DNA of 60,162 nt, the filler included, from Platydemus manokwari (lineage: Eukaryota): assembly GCA_037951405.1 (NCBI GenBank). It is 6 parts of 6 records of this genome, joined end to end, with 100 filler letters (N's around TTAATTAATTAA, not from the genome) between each part and the next. Parts side by side here need not be neighbours in the genome. Positions count along the whole stretch, not along the records: positions 9,587 to 19,193 come from JBBMOY011226543.1; positions 19,294 to 28,990 come from JBBMOY011216100.1; 4 more parts are not named here. One strand, written 5' to 3'. The notes under the pieces are model-generated. The model did not search any database. It was not told the DNA's origin and saw only the letters and a list, made by a program, of their open reading frames with translations. This document shows positions 11,548 to 24,400 of this stretch, in pieces. The first letter of the stretch is position 1; each line of letters opens with the position of its first letter. The position numbers and the translations under genes were made by a program.

Positions 11548-14500
11548 TATATCGGCAATATATAATGTGAGTTTAAACAATCGTCGGAGGGTCTACGTGG
11601 CTCCTTACTCCGAATATAAACTAAAGAAGAATTGATTTTGGGCTCCATCAAATTCGATTTTGTGGAGTGATATGATTTATATCGTTTCAACTAATCTCCT
11701 GTTGGAGATTGATGAAATTAAACTAATAAAGTATGAATTAATAATTACCATTGTGATATTGAATTAAGAATATGAAATGGTCGAATAATGCTTGAATTTG
11801 AGTCCGTTTGAATGCCAGTGAATGTGCGTTCACTACAATTATGCCTTCAAATGAATGTGCATAAGAGACGTAGAAATTTTTGCTCGAGAAAATATGACTG
11901 GTATCTGCTTATATAGTGACTGCGTAGAGAATTGTAAAAAAAGGAAATATAATAAAAAAAAAGGAGGGAAAAAAGAAAAGGGAAAAGGGAGAAAAATTGA
12001 TGACACATATCCACGTAGCGATATCAACGTATGATTGAAAATAGAAATTATTATACAAATTAGATGAGAAAATAATTCTGTGTCGTTATAGTAAAATAAT
12101 ATCAAGGACTTGTTTTAATTTCTGACTTATTATAATAGTTTAAGCTTTGGCTTTAACTAAACCTAATGCTGTAAGTTAGAAATAAAATAGAGACCGAGAG
12201 TTTGAGATCAGAGTTAGATTAAGGTCAATTAAGGGCCAAGAACTGAACCGAACAGTATTAATATCATCCATTTTTTCTCGTATTACTATGTATTTATTGT
12301 TATAAATTTAATATAAATTTATTGTAAATTTTATTAAATTATACCCCATATGGTGCTTCGTAAACTGACTCTAATTGACTCAAGCTTTTTCACATTTGAA
12401 CTTGTATTTATCATCGGCTTGGATTAAATGAGGGCTTATCTAGGACCATTGTGCAAAAGAATTAAATTTGTTTGTACCAAATATTGAATTTAAATTTTAA
12501 TTCAAGAGTTTGCTATATGTTCTATATTCTTATACGAGAAAATTTAACGATAGCTAAATATATTAGTGAGACCAAATCAGATTAGAAGATTTTAATAAAT
12601 TAACAAAGTTAGACTTCATCTTGCAATTTTACATTCATCGATACACTAGGAAAAGCAAAACTGGTAATAATTGTTAGACAATATGTTTCTGTTCATTCCA
12701 AATGAGTCTAATGTAAGAAAACAGGTGGTTTTCCCTCAAATTAAATTTGTTATTACTATTGGTAAATACAAAATTCTCGGAAACAAGAATATTTATTCAT
12801 TAAATTAAAATCTTGAGATAGATAATTTGAAATGTACGCATTCGTTTTCATTAATTTATATTGTTTAAAATTTTAAGCGTTATTTCATTTTAATTCACAA
12901 CAGAATGATATAATAGCTTAATAATTCATATTAGATATCAAGAGTAAGTTAATGGATTTCGTTTTAATATACTATTTCGTACGATTCATCTGGAATACTG
13001 TTTTATCGATTATATATTTTACAATTATTTTTCTCCTATTCTACATTGATGTGATTGAATTATGTAGCAATAATTGTGCTTAAGCAATCACATTAGATTT
13101 CCTTTTGAATTTCTGTTTAATGTCTATAATTTGGTAATAACGAAATTTTATTTGTGGATTTTTATAAGTTATTGTGAGTCTATTTGAAAATCAAAATAAA
13201 TACTTTAATTTACGGATAAATGTTTTTCTAATCAATTATACGTAATGACTTAAATAATTTTGCATATTTTTAAATTTAAATCCCTATAAAAATTTTCACG
13301 CATGACAAATGATTATAACGTATGTATCTTGAAATAGGAACTCCTGTTGTTATTTTTGATGGTAGCTCTTTTCCAATATTAAAAATCGTAATGTTTATCT
13401 GGAGTTTTATGTTTTTTCTTTGGTCTTGCGATTTTTACTTTCGGATATAGGGGGTTCCATTCAATAAAGTTGGAATGACCTATATTGGTTTCTAGGTACT
13501 ATTGATTTGTGTTGGTTGTTGTTTAAATGTGCTCGTTTTTGGTGCCAACCAGACTCCAAATGATTGGCTGCGTTCGTTAGAAGTAGATGATTTTAAATAT
13601 AAATAATAATAAGACAATAAATAACAATAACGCAGTGATACTAAAATATAATTATGAATCAATACAATCTACAAATTAAATCACAATTGAATGATTAGAA
13701 TTGTGTAAACAAAGAACTGGCGAAGCGTGGCTCACTTAACCAGAGGGCAGGATTCACGATACGGGTGAACCGTACAATGAAAAAAAACTATTAAAAAGAT
13801 GGGATAAAACGAAGATATTTTTAATTGATACCGAATCTACCGATACGGTATGGAAAGAACACTCAATAATTCGGTTTTTACCTAATTGATTTACTGCTCG
13901 TCTGATAGAGGAGATTTTGTTATTTTATATTTTATGTGGGTTTTAAGTTCATTTGTGGGCGTAATATGTGCTTGTGACTCATTATGTAATGGGTTTGGAT
14001 CCTAACACAGGAGTTTTAGTAATCGGTATGATGACCAAATTACTGGAAATTTAATTAATTATCTAAAGGTCTTGATAGAAGGCACTTATTTGACGATTGA
14101 CCTAAATGATATTAGGCGTTTAGTTATTCTTGAGATAAAGTAATTTATGGCGAAGCTATGATAGCTTCTTTGTGTCAGCAATGGTTACGCTGATAAATTA
14201 TCTTCAACTTAATTAACTATTTGAGTAAGCTATCACCAATAATTATACTGATGATTATGTTATGAATTAGTTACTTGAACTTAAATCACACAAGTCGTAT
14301 CACGTTTACAAATATTCAATACGAAATTATTTCATAATTATTTGCATAATTATAAGTGCTAAAATTTAAGTGAGACAATTTTAATTTTGCTTTTTCTATT
14401 TATACTAAAAACATGCGCATTTTTCTCTGCCAGCCTTGGTGACGTGGCAGACTTTGATTATGCTATAAAATACGCAGATTGTCGTTTTTTTTCGATTTTA

Positions 14501-17500
14501 ATCATTATCTGGAAAATATTCTTTTCTAAAACTTAAATTGTTTTTGTTTTCATTTTAGAATTTTATGTAGCATCTTTTTCGAGATAATTAAGTCTAAAAT
14601 GTTCTTTATTTTTAAATACTTTTTAAAAAAAATTTTGGTTTTTTTTATTATTTTTATTATTTCATTTTTTATATAATTATATATTATTTTAATGCTTGAT
14701 ATTCCTCATGTGTGTTGTAAATAAAAACATTCTGAGTAACCCACCCAGATCCTAATTTAAAACTTACTTTTGAGATCTATCCTTTTTGGTTTATTGGCTT
14801 TCAACTTTTCCCAAGTTATTTTGATCCTATCTATGGCTTATATGAGTCTCTTGAGTTCTAATGACCCTGAGGTAGTAAATTAACCTTATTCTACTTCTAT
14901 ATACTTAAAGCTCAGATGATCAATAAATCATTCGTCAGTATTGCAGAAATATATTTTATGATGACGACTTAGTGGGTAATTTATGTTTGTAAAAATTGCA
15001 GGTGATTTTATATCAATATATCTTACTCGTAATCAGGAGTTCCGCTGGGTTAGAATATTTAAAATATCTTCTGGTTAAACACTGGGCGTATACGTTTCTG
15101 TAGAATTTGGTTTTGACGAATGACTTCGACAATTTTACAATTTTTCTTCACCTTTTGGATAAAGTAGGCTTGTTTGTAACATAACGTCAGTGAACTGATT
15201 TATGTCGGCTTATTTGTACTGTGTCAAAGATAGCCAAATAATGTCGGTAAATTTTTCATTTAATTTCCATTATTATTAAATATTCTTATACAATTTTACG
15301 GCTATAGGGATTTTTTTATAGTTAATCTTGTCATTTAATTCTTGGTTTTGATTGTTTATAATTTCTTATTGCTTTTATTAAATTCATGGCTAATTATTGT
15401 CATTTATTTCACTTTAAATATTCTATTTGAATATTATTTTGTAAAGGGATTTGTTTCGAACTAATCTTAGTCCTGAATTTTAAACTAATATTATGTATTT
15501 ATAGTAATTTTTTGTGCTATTTTTCATTTAAATACGTTATACAACGAAATCTAAATATTGTATGAGTCAAATAAAAAATTTCAGTTTTTCCACAAACCCT
15601 AATAAATCAATAAAACTAACATTATTTAAAAATTCCAAAATTAACGCTTTGTACTCACATCTGATTAATCGTACGAGTACAACATTTAAATTACCACAAC
15701 AATGAATAAATGTCATCGCAAAAATTCCTTAGTAACGCTGTAAAAACTACGGTGACAAATATCATCCAATGAAAATTCAATGTTGGTGGAACGAGGATTT
15801 TATTATTCAATATAATTCTCAAAAGATTTGTTTAGAATATTTAATAAAATCGACATAAAATTTTCAGATTCAAACAGAAGTTTAACAAAACCCAGTTACA
15901 TCACCTTTACGAAAAAAACAAAATCAAATATTATAATTCAATCTAAACTAATTCAGTATATTATAAAAACTCCTGTATTGCATAACTAGATACATTTTTT
16001 CCAATAAAAATTCAACATGTGTTTAGATTAATGAGCAAATTTTATTATTGCTCCTATTGCGCTAAACAAAATAGTTGGAGTAGAAAATATTTGTCATAAG
16101 TAGACTAATGTATATATTTTCATCTCGGTATCTTGTTAAAATACAGTTGAGTGCATTAGTTTCCATAGACGCATATTAGACTAATATCTACAATCATAAC
16201 AAATTCTCCTTTTTATAACTTATTTTTATACTTGTTATCGCTATTTACACGTTGTATTTGTATATTTCCAATCAGTTTTTGCAATGTTCAGAGCATATTA
16301 ATTATTTATCAAGTTCATACTCATATGCTACTTATTAATTCCGCTCAATTCTGCAAAGATAATGACATTATTAATTAATTGTTTTAACTAAACAGAATTA
16401 AGAATGGATACTATCGATTATTTATTATAGATAAAAATCTATATAACCAATCACTATATTCACAATGAAACAATAAAATGTATATTTTACAAAACAAAAA
16501 CAATAGATAAAATATGATTAATTGATAATGTGAAGATGTAGACTATTTTGGCCTGGCTAGCTGTAATGGTATTTATCATAGATTATATAGACGGAACCTA
16601 TGAGACTCTGCTGGGCACATATTTACAAAACGGAGCATTCAGTATAGCATTAGAAATATCCATCGAATTTTTTTATAGAACAGAGGCTTACAATTTATTT
16701 AATATTTCCCACTGTAAAATAAAATTTGCTTTACTCTAAATAATTGAATTTTCGCAAATAGTAATAATAAAAATGATTAAAAATTCAGTTGTATTTTGAG
16801 TTAACAAAAATACTAAAATGCACTGAGTACAAGTACATATATATATATGATAGCACAAACTTGATTTCATAAAATCCTACTTAAAATGTAACGTTTGTTT
16901 AAAACTGCCTTTTTGGAAGTAATGAAGTATAAAATACTTTCAAATATATCTTTATATTATAATTAGTATCAATAGAGATAATATTTTCCGTTGTTTTAGT
17001 GCACTACTATAAAACTCAATCATATATTCGAATTTGTTATAATAAACTTGTAATACATAGATGTGTTCTTAATGTTTTATTCATAATTTATCAATGTCTA
17101 AAAATCATTACACTAGTTGGTAATATCGCCAATGATATGCTGAATTGTGTAAACTTTTCTCAAATGACTTTTATATNNNNNNNNNNAATTAATTCAAAAT
17201 TTAGAATAATTTTAAAAAATTAAGTTTATTCAAGTGTATTGATTGAATTTTATATACAACTAATTTTCATTTACAACTAATTTATTTATAAATAATTTTG
17301 TGCTTTTAAAACAAAATTGTAGAACTTTTCAAATTATGTATGAATTTTCATTGAATTAATTTACTGTTTTTATTAAATAATATAATCTATACAGATATTT
17401 GAAAGTCCATGTCTGTTGGATTTCTTTACAAAAATTAGAAATGAATGAAAAATTAAGAACATTATGGAAAAAATTGGAAATAAATTTTTAAGTATGAAAG

Positions 17501-18075
17501 TAGCTCACAAAAAAGATTTTCAAATCTGCACAAGAAGTACGTTGAATTAAAGTAAGAAAATGAATATCCTTCTGTTAAAACAGAGACACGTGATACAGTC
17601 TTACATGATCACGCAATATATAAACTTCATGACAGTGTCCAGGGGTGACATGTCAAATTCATGGACGAGAAAGGTTTGGAGAATCACCTCTGATAACAAC
17701 CAGGGAATGTCATTCACTTCCTAGTTTAAACAGAAAATTATGAATTGACAAAATAATTTTCACTTCAAAACATGAATTATTGCTATGAAGATTTCATTCA
17801 GAGATTCTCTTTGTAAGCAATTATGTGTGTGTCATCGATCTCAGCTCGTCAGGTTTGTGTGTGTCATAGGCAAAACACACCTTGAGGAGAGCGCATGAAA
17901 CACTGAAATCAACGAGGTCAGAGAACGAGGTGACATTATTTTCAATGTTGTTGTACAATGTTGCTTCGTTGCTGGTTGTGCACAAGTGACAAATTTCATT
18001 GTTAGTTTCTATTCATACGTCTTACGTAAGCCAGCTAAAAGACTGAAATAGCTTTGATCGTCTATATATATCATC

Positions 18076-18249
18076 ATGATGATCAGATGTCCGGATATAT
18101 TATGGTCAATTCTATGGTTCATTGTGTGGATATTTTTCTGTTGGCCAGCATCATTTATTGTTGCATTTGTGGAAGTTTTTATAGTGCCGTTCTGTGCATG
18201 CGTTGATGGCGCGAAACCTGTTTGTGAAGTTTTAGACAAAGTTTTTAAA
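18076..18249 (+). CDS. First coding exon of a small Cys/Trp-rich hydrophobic membrane protein (uncharacterised)
   Basis: MMIRCPDILWSILWFIVWIFFCWPASFIVAFVEVFIVPFCACVDGAKPVCEVLDKVFK followed by a strong GTGAGT donor at 18250. Locally higher GC. No downstream exon identified before the spacer at 19194. Confidence 0.7.
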
Positions 18250-19006
18250 GTGAGTGTAAATTATTTATTAATACGATTATTTATCCAATTATTGATGATT
18301 TTATTTATTTATTTGTTGCACATAGACGCATGGTTAAATTTAAAATTGGGTTTTTATAACGCATAATATAATAATAATATTAAATTATAATGTTTAATTT
18401 ATATCTGAGGTGAATCTGAGGAAGTTTGTGGGTTAGAGAATTAGTTAAAGAAAGCAATTTTTGCTTTCTTTGTACTGGCATGGAAAAAGTTTAAAATTTC
18501 ATTAGCTTTATCAATGGATATGTGAAAATTATTTTTAATGGTTTCGCATATATTTTCGATATTTGTTATTCATATACATGGATGCAATGAAATTTAACAG
18601 GCACAGACCATATAAGGTAGATCTGTTGCTTGATCATATAATAGGATCAAGACAAAAATTGGAATTCTTCATTCCGAGATTAAATTACAACTAGAGAATG
18701 AAGATGTACTACTGTAGATGTTTGTTATGAATGAGGAGAGAAGAGAAAATTAAAGAAAACACACACTGTAAACATACAATTATCCTGTAATAAAAGCTTG
18801 TATGTACATACACACATAAAACGAGTGTGATTACATTAATTGATATATCCGTGTACAATTGGGCCGGAAGTGAGGGGTGGTGCCAAAAGTGTAGGTTGAA
18901 ATGCTTATTCAGTTTATAAAAGGTATTATAGGATGTCAGTCAATCACTCACCTAGAAATCTAACAAATGCTGTGATGAATAATGTTTGACTTGTATATAT
19001 CTATGA

Positions 19007-19193
19007 CAGTGGTTTTCAACCAGTGTTCCGCGGAACCTTAGGGTTCCGCAATTCTCATATTTCTAAATTAGAACAACAAACAAATAAATAACATGTTAAG
19101 TTCAATTTCGAAAATCTATTTTATTATTATTATTATTTCATTATTATTTGTATTATTTTATTATTAGCTATTGTTTTGTACAATTTTGTTTTC
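19007..19193 (+). mobile_element. hAT (Charlie/Buster-like) element left end, cut by spacer
   Basis: CAGTGGTTTTCAACC terminal motif followed by the palindromic subterminal GCGGAACC-TTAG-GGTTCCGC. Confidence 0.65.
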
Positions 19194-19293
19194 NNNNNNN
19201 NNNNNNNNNNNNNNNNNNNNNNNNNNNNNNNNNNNNNTTAATTAATTAANNNNNNNNNNNNNNNNNNNNNNNNNNNNNNNNNNNNNNNNNNNN
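19194..19293. other. Artificial contig-joining spacer
   Basis: 44N-TTAATTAATTAA-44N. Confidence 0.95.
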
Positions 19294-21447
19294 CTAGTTT
19301 CAGGTAAATTACTACTACTGGGTTCTATCGACTCACAATTATTAGCACTATGATTCTCTTTACTACTATTTTCTAATTCACTGTCACTACTAGTATTTTC
19401 ACTATAAATTTCAATTCCACTTATATTTCTCCTTTTTCCTAAATGCTTATTCACTATGTTCAAATTTTCTAATAAATTGCTTTTGCTTGCACTTCGTAAT
19501 TGTCTATCTGTTTTATAAAGTATTGAGTTTCTTTTATTCATAAGCGCTTATGAAGATTCTAAATCATCAACTATGTCACTTGATGCGTAACTTATCAATT
19601 TTAACAGTGTTTAAATCATAATTTTTGGAACAGACAAAACTCGACTTTAATGCTCATGCTAACTGCCAAATTTTCGAGCCCCTTCAATGTGAAATAAAAT
19701 TTCAATCAAAACCAAACTATCTAAGTCTATTAACGCTTCTAAAGATTCAATCGACATTTTTGTGGAGTAAACTCAACACTTTTCGTGTGACAATCGATGC
19801 TTATACGAAACTAGACTAATAAGTTATCAATCTTTTTACTCAATAATAACACTTAGAGCAAATCGTAGACCTCTCAAATTGTTAACTTTTTTGCAACAGG
19901 TGGACGTTATCTTTTTTCTGCTTTTTATATACCGAATTTACTTACTATGCGTAGCTAAACTAGCTCTCCATTTATGTAACGCGCCTTAATTATTCATTTA
20001 TCAAAGCCTTCTGGCTCAATTTCAATTTATCAATCATAGCTCCTTGGCTTAATTCAAATTTATCAATAGCTGATTGGCTCAAATTAAATTTACCAATAAC
20101 TCCATGGCTTTTATTTATTAATTTATCAACTTCGTTTGTCCTATCTATTCGTATTCTAACTATTTATAATTTCATTAATTTACCAATTTGTTACTTTAAT
20201 TTCTCAATTTTTAATTTCGTAATTTTATCAATTTCAAATTTCACTATTCGGGCACCAGTTAATATTTATTCTAATTATCAATTTTATTCTTACTACTGTA
20301 CCAATTGATGTATATTTTAAACAATTTACTCGGGTTCAACAGTAGATGTCTTTTGATTTCAATCTCTTACTCGGGTTACTAATTGATGTCTATTAAACAA
20401 TCTTCAATAATTTTATCCTCATTGGGATTTACTAATTGTTGATTATTTTAACTATATTTAATCCTCGAACTTATGTTATCTTTCAAACTAACTTTTTCCT
20501 CACTTAGGTCACCACTTTATGTTTAAAATTTCAAAATTTTTATTTAACTTTTTATTCTTATCAGTCTCAAAGTTTATCTTGTTGTAGATCGCTGTTGTCT
20601 TGATCTGTCTCTGTGAGTCCTAATCAAGCCGAGGGTACAATCTATAAAACATTATTGCTTCATTATTCACCTCGCAATATAAACGACAACATTAATCTAT
20701 AGTTCAACTCTATTAATCTAAATATATGTTTTATAACTATTAACTTCAATCAATGAACAGACAATTTATTGATATAACAATTATTACAATTAGACACCGA
20801 ATATATACAAAATTTTACAAATAAACACCAAATACAACAATGATTTTACAATAATACGCGATAGAATTTATCAAACTTCTGGACAAGAACACTGTTAATA
20901 AACTCCTTCTCTTTGAGCAAAACCACCTTCAAGGATTTTGAGATAAAACTCGATAGTAGGAATTTTAAAGATGACTATAGTATTTATCAATTTTTTAAAC
21001 AAAAACCTAACTCAAGTTACAAGTTCAAATGGTATATATGAATTGAATCAATGTACGATCTAGTGGCTTCGAACAAATGGGCTTTAGAGGTTTCTCAGTA
21101 ATGTTCAAGGTTGTGGTGTCTGACTCTTTATTTATACGATTTCAGAACTAGGTTTTAATTGTTCTGGTTTTTGGTAACATTCGATACAATTCATTTTATT
21201 CCAAATTTAATAAATAAAATTCCTATTGCTAATTGATATTGGAATTATTAACCATTAAGATATGTGTATCCTATTAAATTATTGATTTATTATAAATATA
21301 ATTTTTCTTAAACATATGAAACGTGTTCATAATATTATTGCTATCATTTATTATTAATTTGTCCAGAAGTTAAAATGAATAAAATTCATTCCAATGACAG
21401 TTTTCAAAAATAAAACTGTTACTTTTACAAAATTAGAAATCGTTACA
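19294..21447 (-). mobile_element. 5' end of an LTR retrotransposon: LTR 21447-20520, PBS 20514-20500, ~1 kb leader, probable gag start at 19541
   Basis: Minus strand TGTAACG...AAACA (928 bp) with internal GTATAAATAAAG (~21130). TGGTGACC lies 5 nt downstream, complementary to a tRNA ending GGTCACCA, such as tRNA-Trp. An open Ser/Glu-rich ORF runs from 19541 into the spacer. Confidence 0.7.
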
Positions 21448-24400
21448 TGTATACATAAACTTCATAAAAATTGTTACGTAAATGTCTAAAGCTCGTACAC
21501 AAAATATCAGCAAATGTTTTCGATATTGTTAAGTCAACCAAAACTATTCAGCATAGGCTATTGTTTTGCTCGAGTTATTTGTCGAAATAATTTTTACATT
21601 GTCAATTGTGTCAATTCCGTTATAATTATATCCATTTCTATTTGAACACCGTCTCCACTAAAACGCTCATGGGCAATTGATAAGTGATGATCAATATAAA
21701 CAAATAACAATAATTTAGGATCAGAGCATGTACTTAAATCCTCAATGCACTTTTCAATATTTTTTTTTACTTTCTGAGTGGACCTTTCAATTGATCAATG
21801 AAAATTAAAGACTTGGTATGAATATGATATCATTTAATGAGAATGATGTATATATTTCTTTATCTTAGTATTTATTGTCGACACACATCGATCATTTTTA
21901 TCACAGCACAACAAGAGAGAAAATATATATTCGTAAGTACAGTCTTAGTGTATGGATTTTTGGAATGACCAACTCGTGAAACATCAGACGATTTTACGAG
22001 GTAAATTACATTTCTTTCGTACTAGAAAATTTCTTGGAGATAATTGCGCGGAGAAAATGAAGTTTTTCATATTGAGTAATCATTTTTCATTAAAAACTCA
22101 TCCAAGTTTATATAATTTAAATTCTTATAATATATAAACTAACTATTTGCTGGTACTTGCCAAGCCTCTCACCTTCTCCGTCCATTTCGAGCTACCGACT
22201 ATCTACTGATGTGGTGCATCGGAAATTAGTCAAGCAATTGTCATTTATTCTTTTATTTTACAGTTATATTTTCGATTATTCAAAAATGAAAAATAATTAT
22301 CCAATTGTTATTTTGCCTTACACGAGAATAAGTGTTACAAACATTTTTTATTATTAAAGTAGTGTTTGGTTTTAGGATTTGGCTCGTAATTAATTCATGT
22401 GATTATTTAGCTTGTGCTTGACTCCAAGGGTGTAGTAAAGAAATGTGAAACAATAATTTAAAAATAAATAAATAAATAAACAATATAAATAAGAATATAT
22501 AATCATTAGATCAAATGTTATACAACAATATCAATTTAAAAATATTTAATAATATGACAAAAATTATTTAAAGACAAATAATAAATAACCAGGGGTATTA
22601 ATTAGAGTTCTTTAATTAATTGCTACTGTTTAACATCTGATTTTATTAGTCCCATATGCGGAGATCTGCAAAGTCCTCTAATATTATTATAATATTGTTA
22701 AGACAAAAAATAATCCAGCAACTATACGGACAAGATGATGAAAGTTAGATGAGCTTATATTTTTACTGAAAGAATAGTTGGGCAAGGTCCAAGACATTTT
22801 TAATTACGATGGTTAAGTAATTTGACTTTAAAAAAATATACAAAAATTGTTATGATAATTAAAATAATATTACTTTGTACTACGTCAAATTTGAAAGGAA
22901 TAATTTTTCTTTTCTTGCCTGCTATTATTTTTTGTGTGGAACTGCTTTAATAAGAGTTTTTGAATTGATTGATAATAAACTAATCTCATTGAAGAGTAGA
23001 TTAATTTGTGGGCCTATATCTCTTGACTTAGAGAAATGATCAATAAGATTGATTTTCAACAGTGTACTTTTTGTCGTGAACTAACGATGGGATTTTTAAG
23101 CAATCGTTCTTGGTCTAATTTTAAGTCAAAAAACTTCTATTATACTGTTCTTTTATTCTTTTTTGACTTATCGTTTTTTTTTATTATTATTGCATTTTAT
23201 TTGGTCTGTTTTTAGGTTCCTACTCATCTTTGGTTCTATTTATGAAATTATTAGATTATATTTATATGTTGAATTTTGAAAAAAAAATTATATACTTTTA
23301 TTATTAATTATTTTGGGGTATTTTGGTACCCAAGAGTAAACTGAACGAGATTAATTAATTTTTTATAAATATCTTAATAATATAAAATAGTTGATTTATT
23401 TTGATTTTAAAAATAATATTTTTTGAAACGATTTCTAACGGATTCCCACATTAAAGTAAAAACAATCTAGTATATAAATTATAAAATCTCCATAATTTAA
23501 AAATCCCGATATTTAAAATAACTATCAGAAATCAAAAATTAAAATCTCGATCAATCAAATTTAATCATCGAAATTTTTAAACTGACAGAATTATGATAAT
23601 TAAATAAATTAAAAAATATCATCCATCAAAATACTCGAATAAGAATAACAATCATCACTAGAGGAAATATAGCGAAATTAAAACTGTCAAACAATTAAGT
23701 ACAAATATCTGCGCAAACATAGTAGGATGCCCATTCTGCCAGAAACCACTAGGCAGAATTTGGTTTCAATTTTATACTATTCATTGCCTGACTTTATTGA
23801 TGCACGATCAGCAGAAAAGAAATTCAAATTATATACTTGTATATATTTATAAGATTCATTATTTTTAAAATTTATATATTCCTATACAACCAATGCCACG
23901 TTAGTTTCATCCTCAAAAAATGTCTAGCAGAATTGTGAAATGGAAATCTTCATCCTTTGAAGTTGGACTTGAGGTCATTAGAATTATTTTAATTGTACTT
24001 CTTTGTATTAGTGCTGCAAATATACAATATATTATTTATACAGTATATTATTCTGTTGAAATTACCTTAATCGCTTGAATAAATAGATTCATGCCATTTG
24101 ATTAAATTATCAGATCATTGATACTCATCACTAGTAAAATTTGAACTAACCAAAATTGGATAATTATAATTGACATTGCAAACTGTAAAGGAATTTGATT
24201 GAGAATATATTTAAACATCAAAGTTGTTGAATTATTAACATGTATTTGATTAGTTCACGAGATAAATAAACCTTTTTTTCTATGGCACCCATTTCCCCGT
24301 TTTTAAGATCTTGGCGACTCCAAAGAAAATCAATATTACTAAAAATAAGTCATAACTCACCATATTTAATGAAATCAATTTCAACGTTTCAACAATAAAT

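Larger units (their letters stand above)
9880..11720 (+). repeat. Dispersed repeat split by the mariner insertion (9880-10030 + 11550-11720); uninterrupted relative at ~48200-48594
   Basis: Shared blocks in the same order in both places: ATTGATGTTTCCACTAA, AACAA.CG.CGGAGGG, CGATTTTGTG, AATCTCCT.T.GGAGA.TGAT. Confidence 0.65.

Noticed and set aside
16548-16739. 63-aa ORF with TTG start
   Set aside because: No recognisable motif or convincing splice sites.
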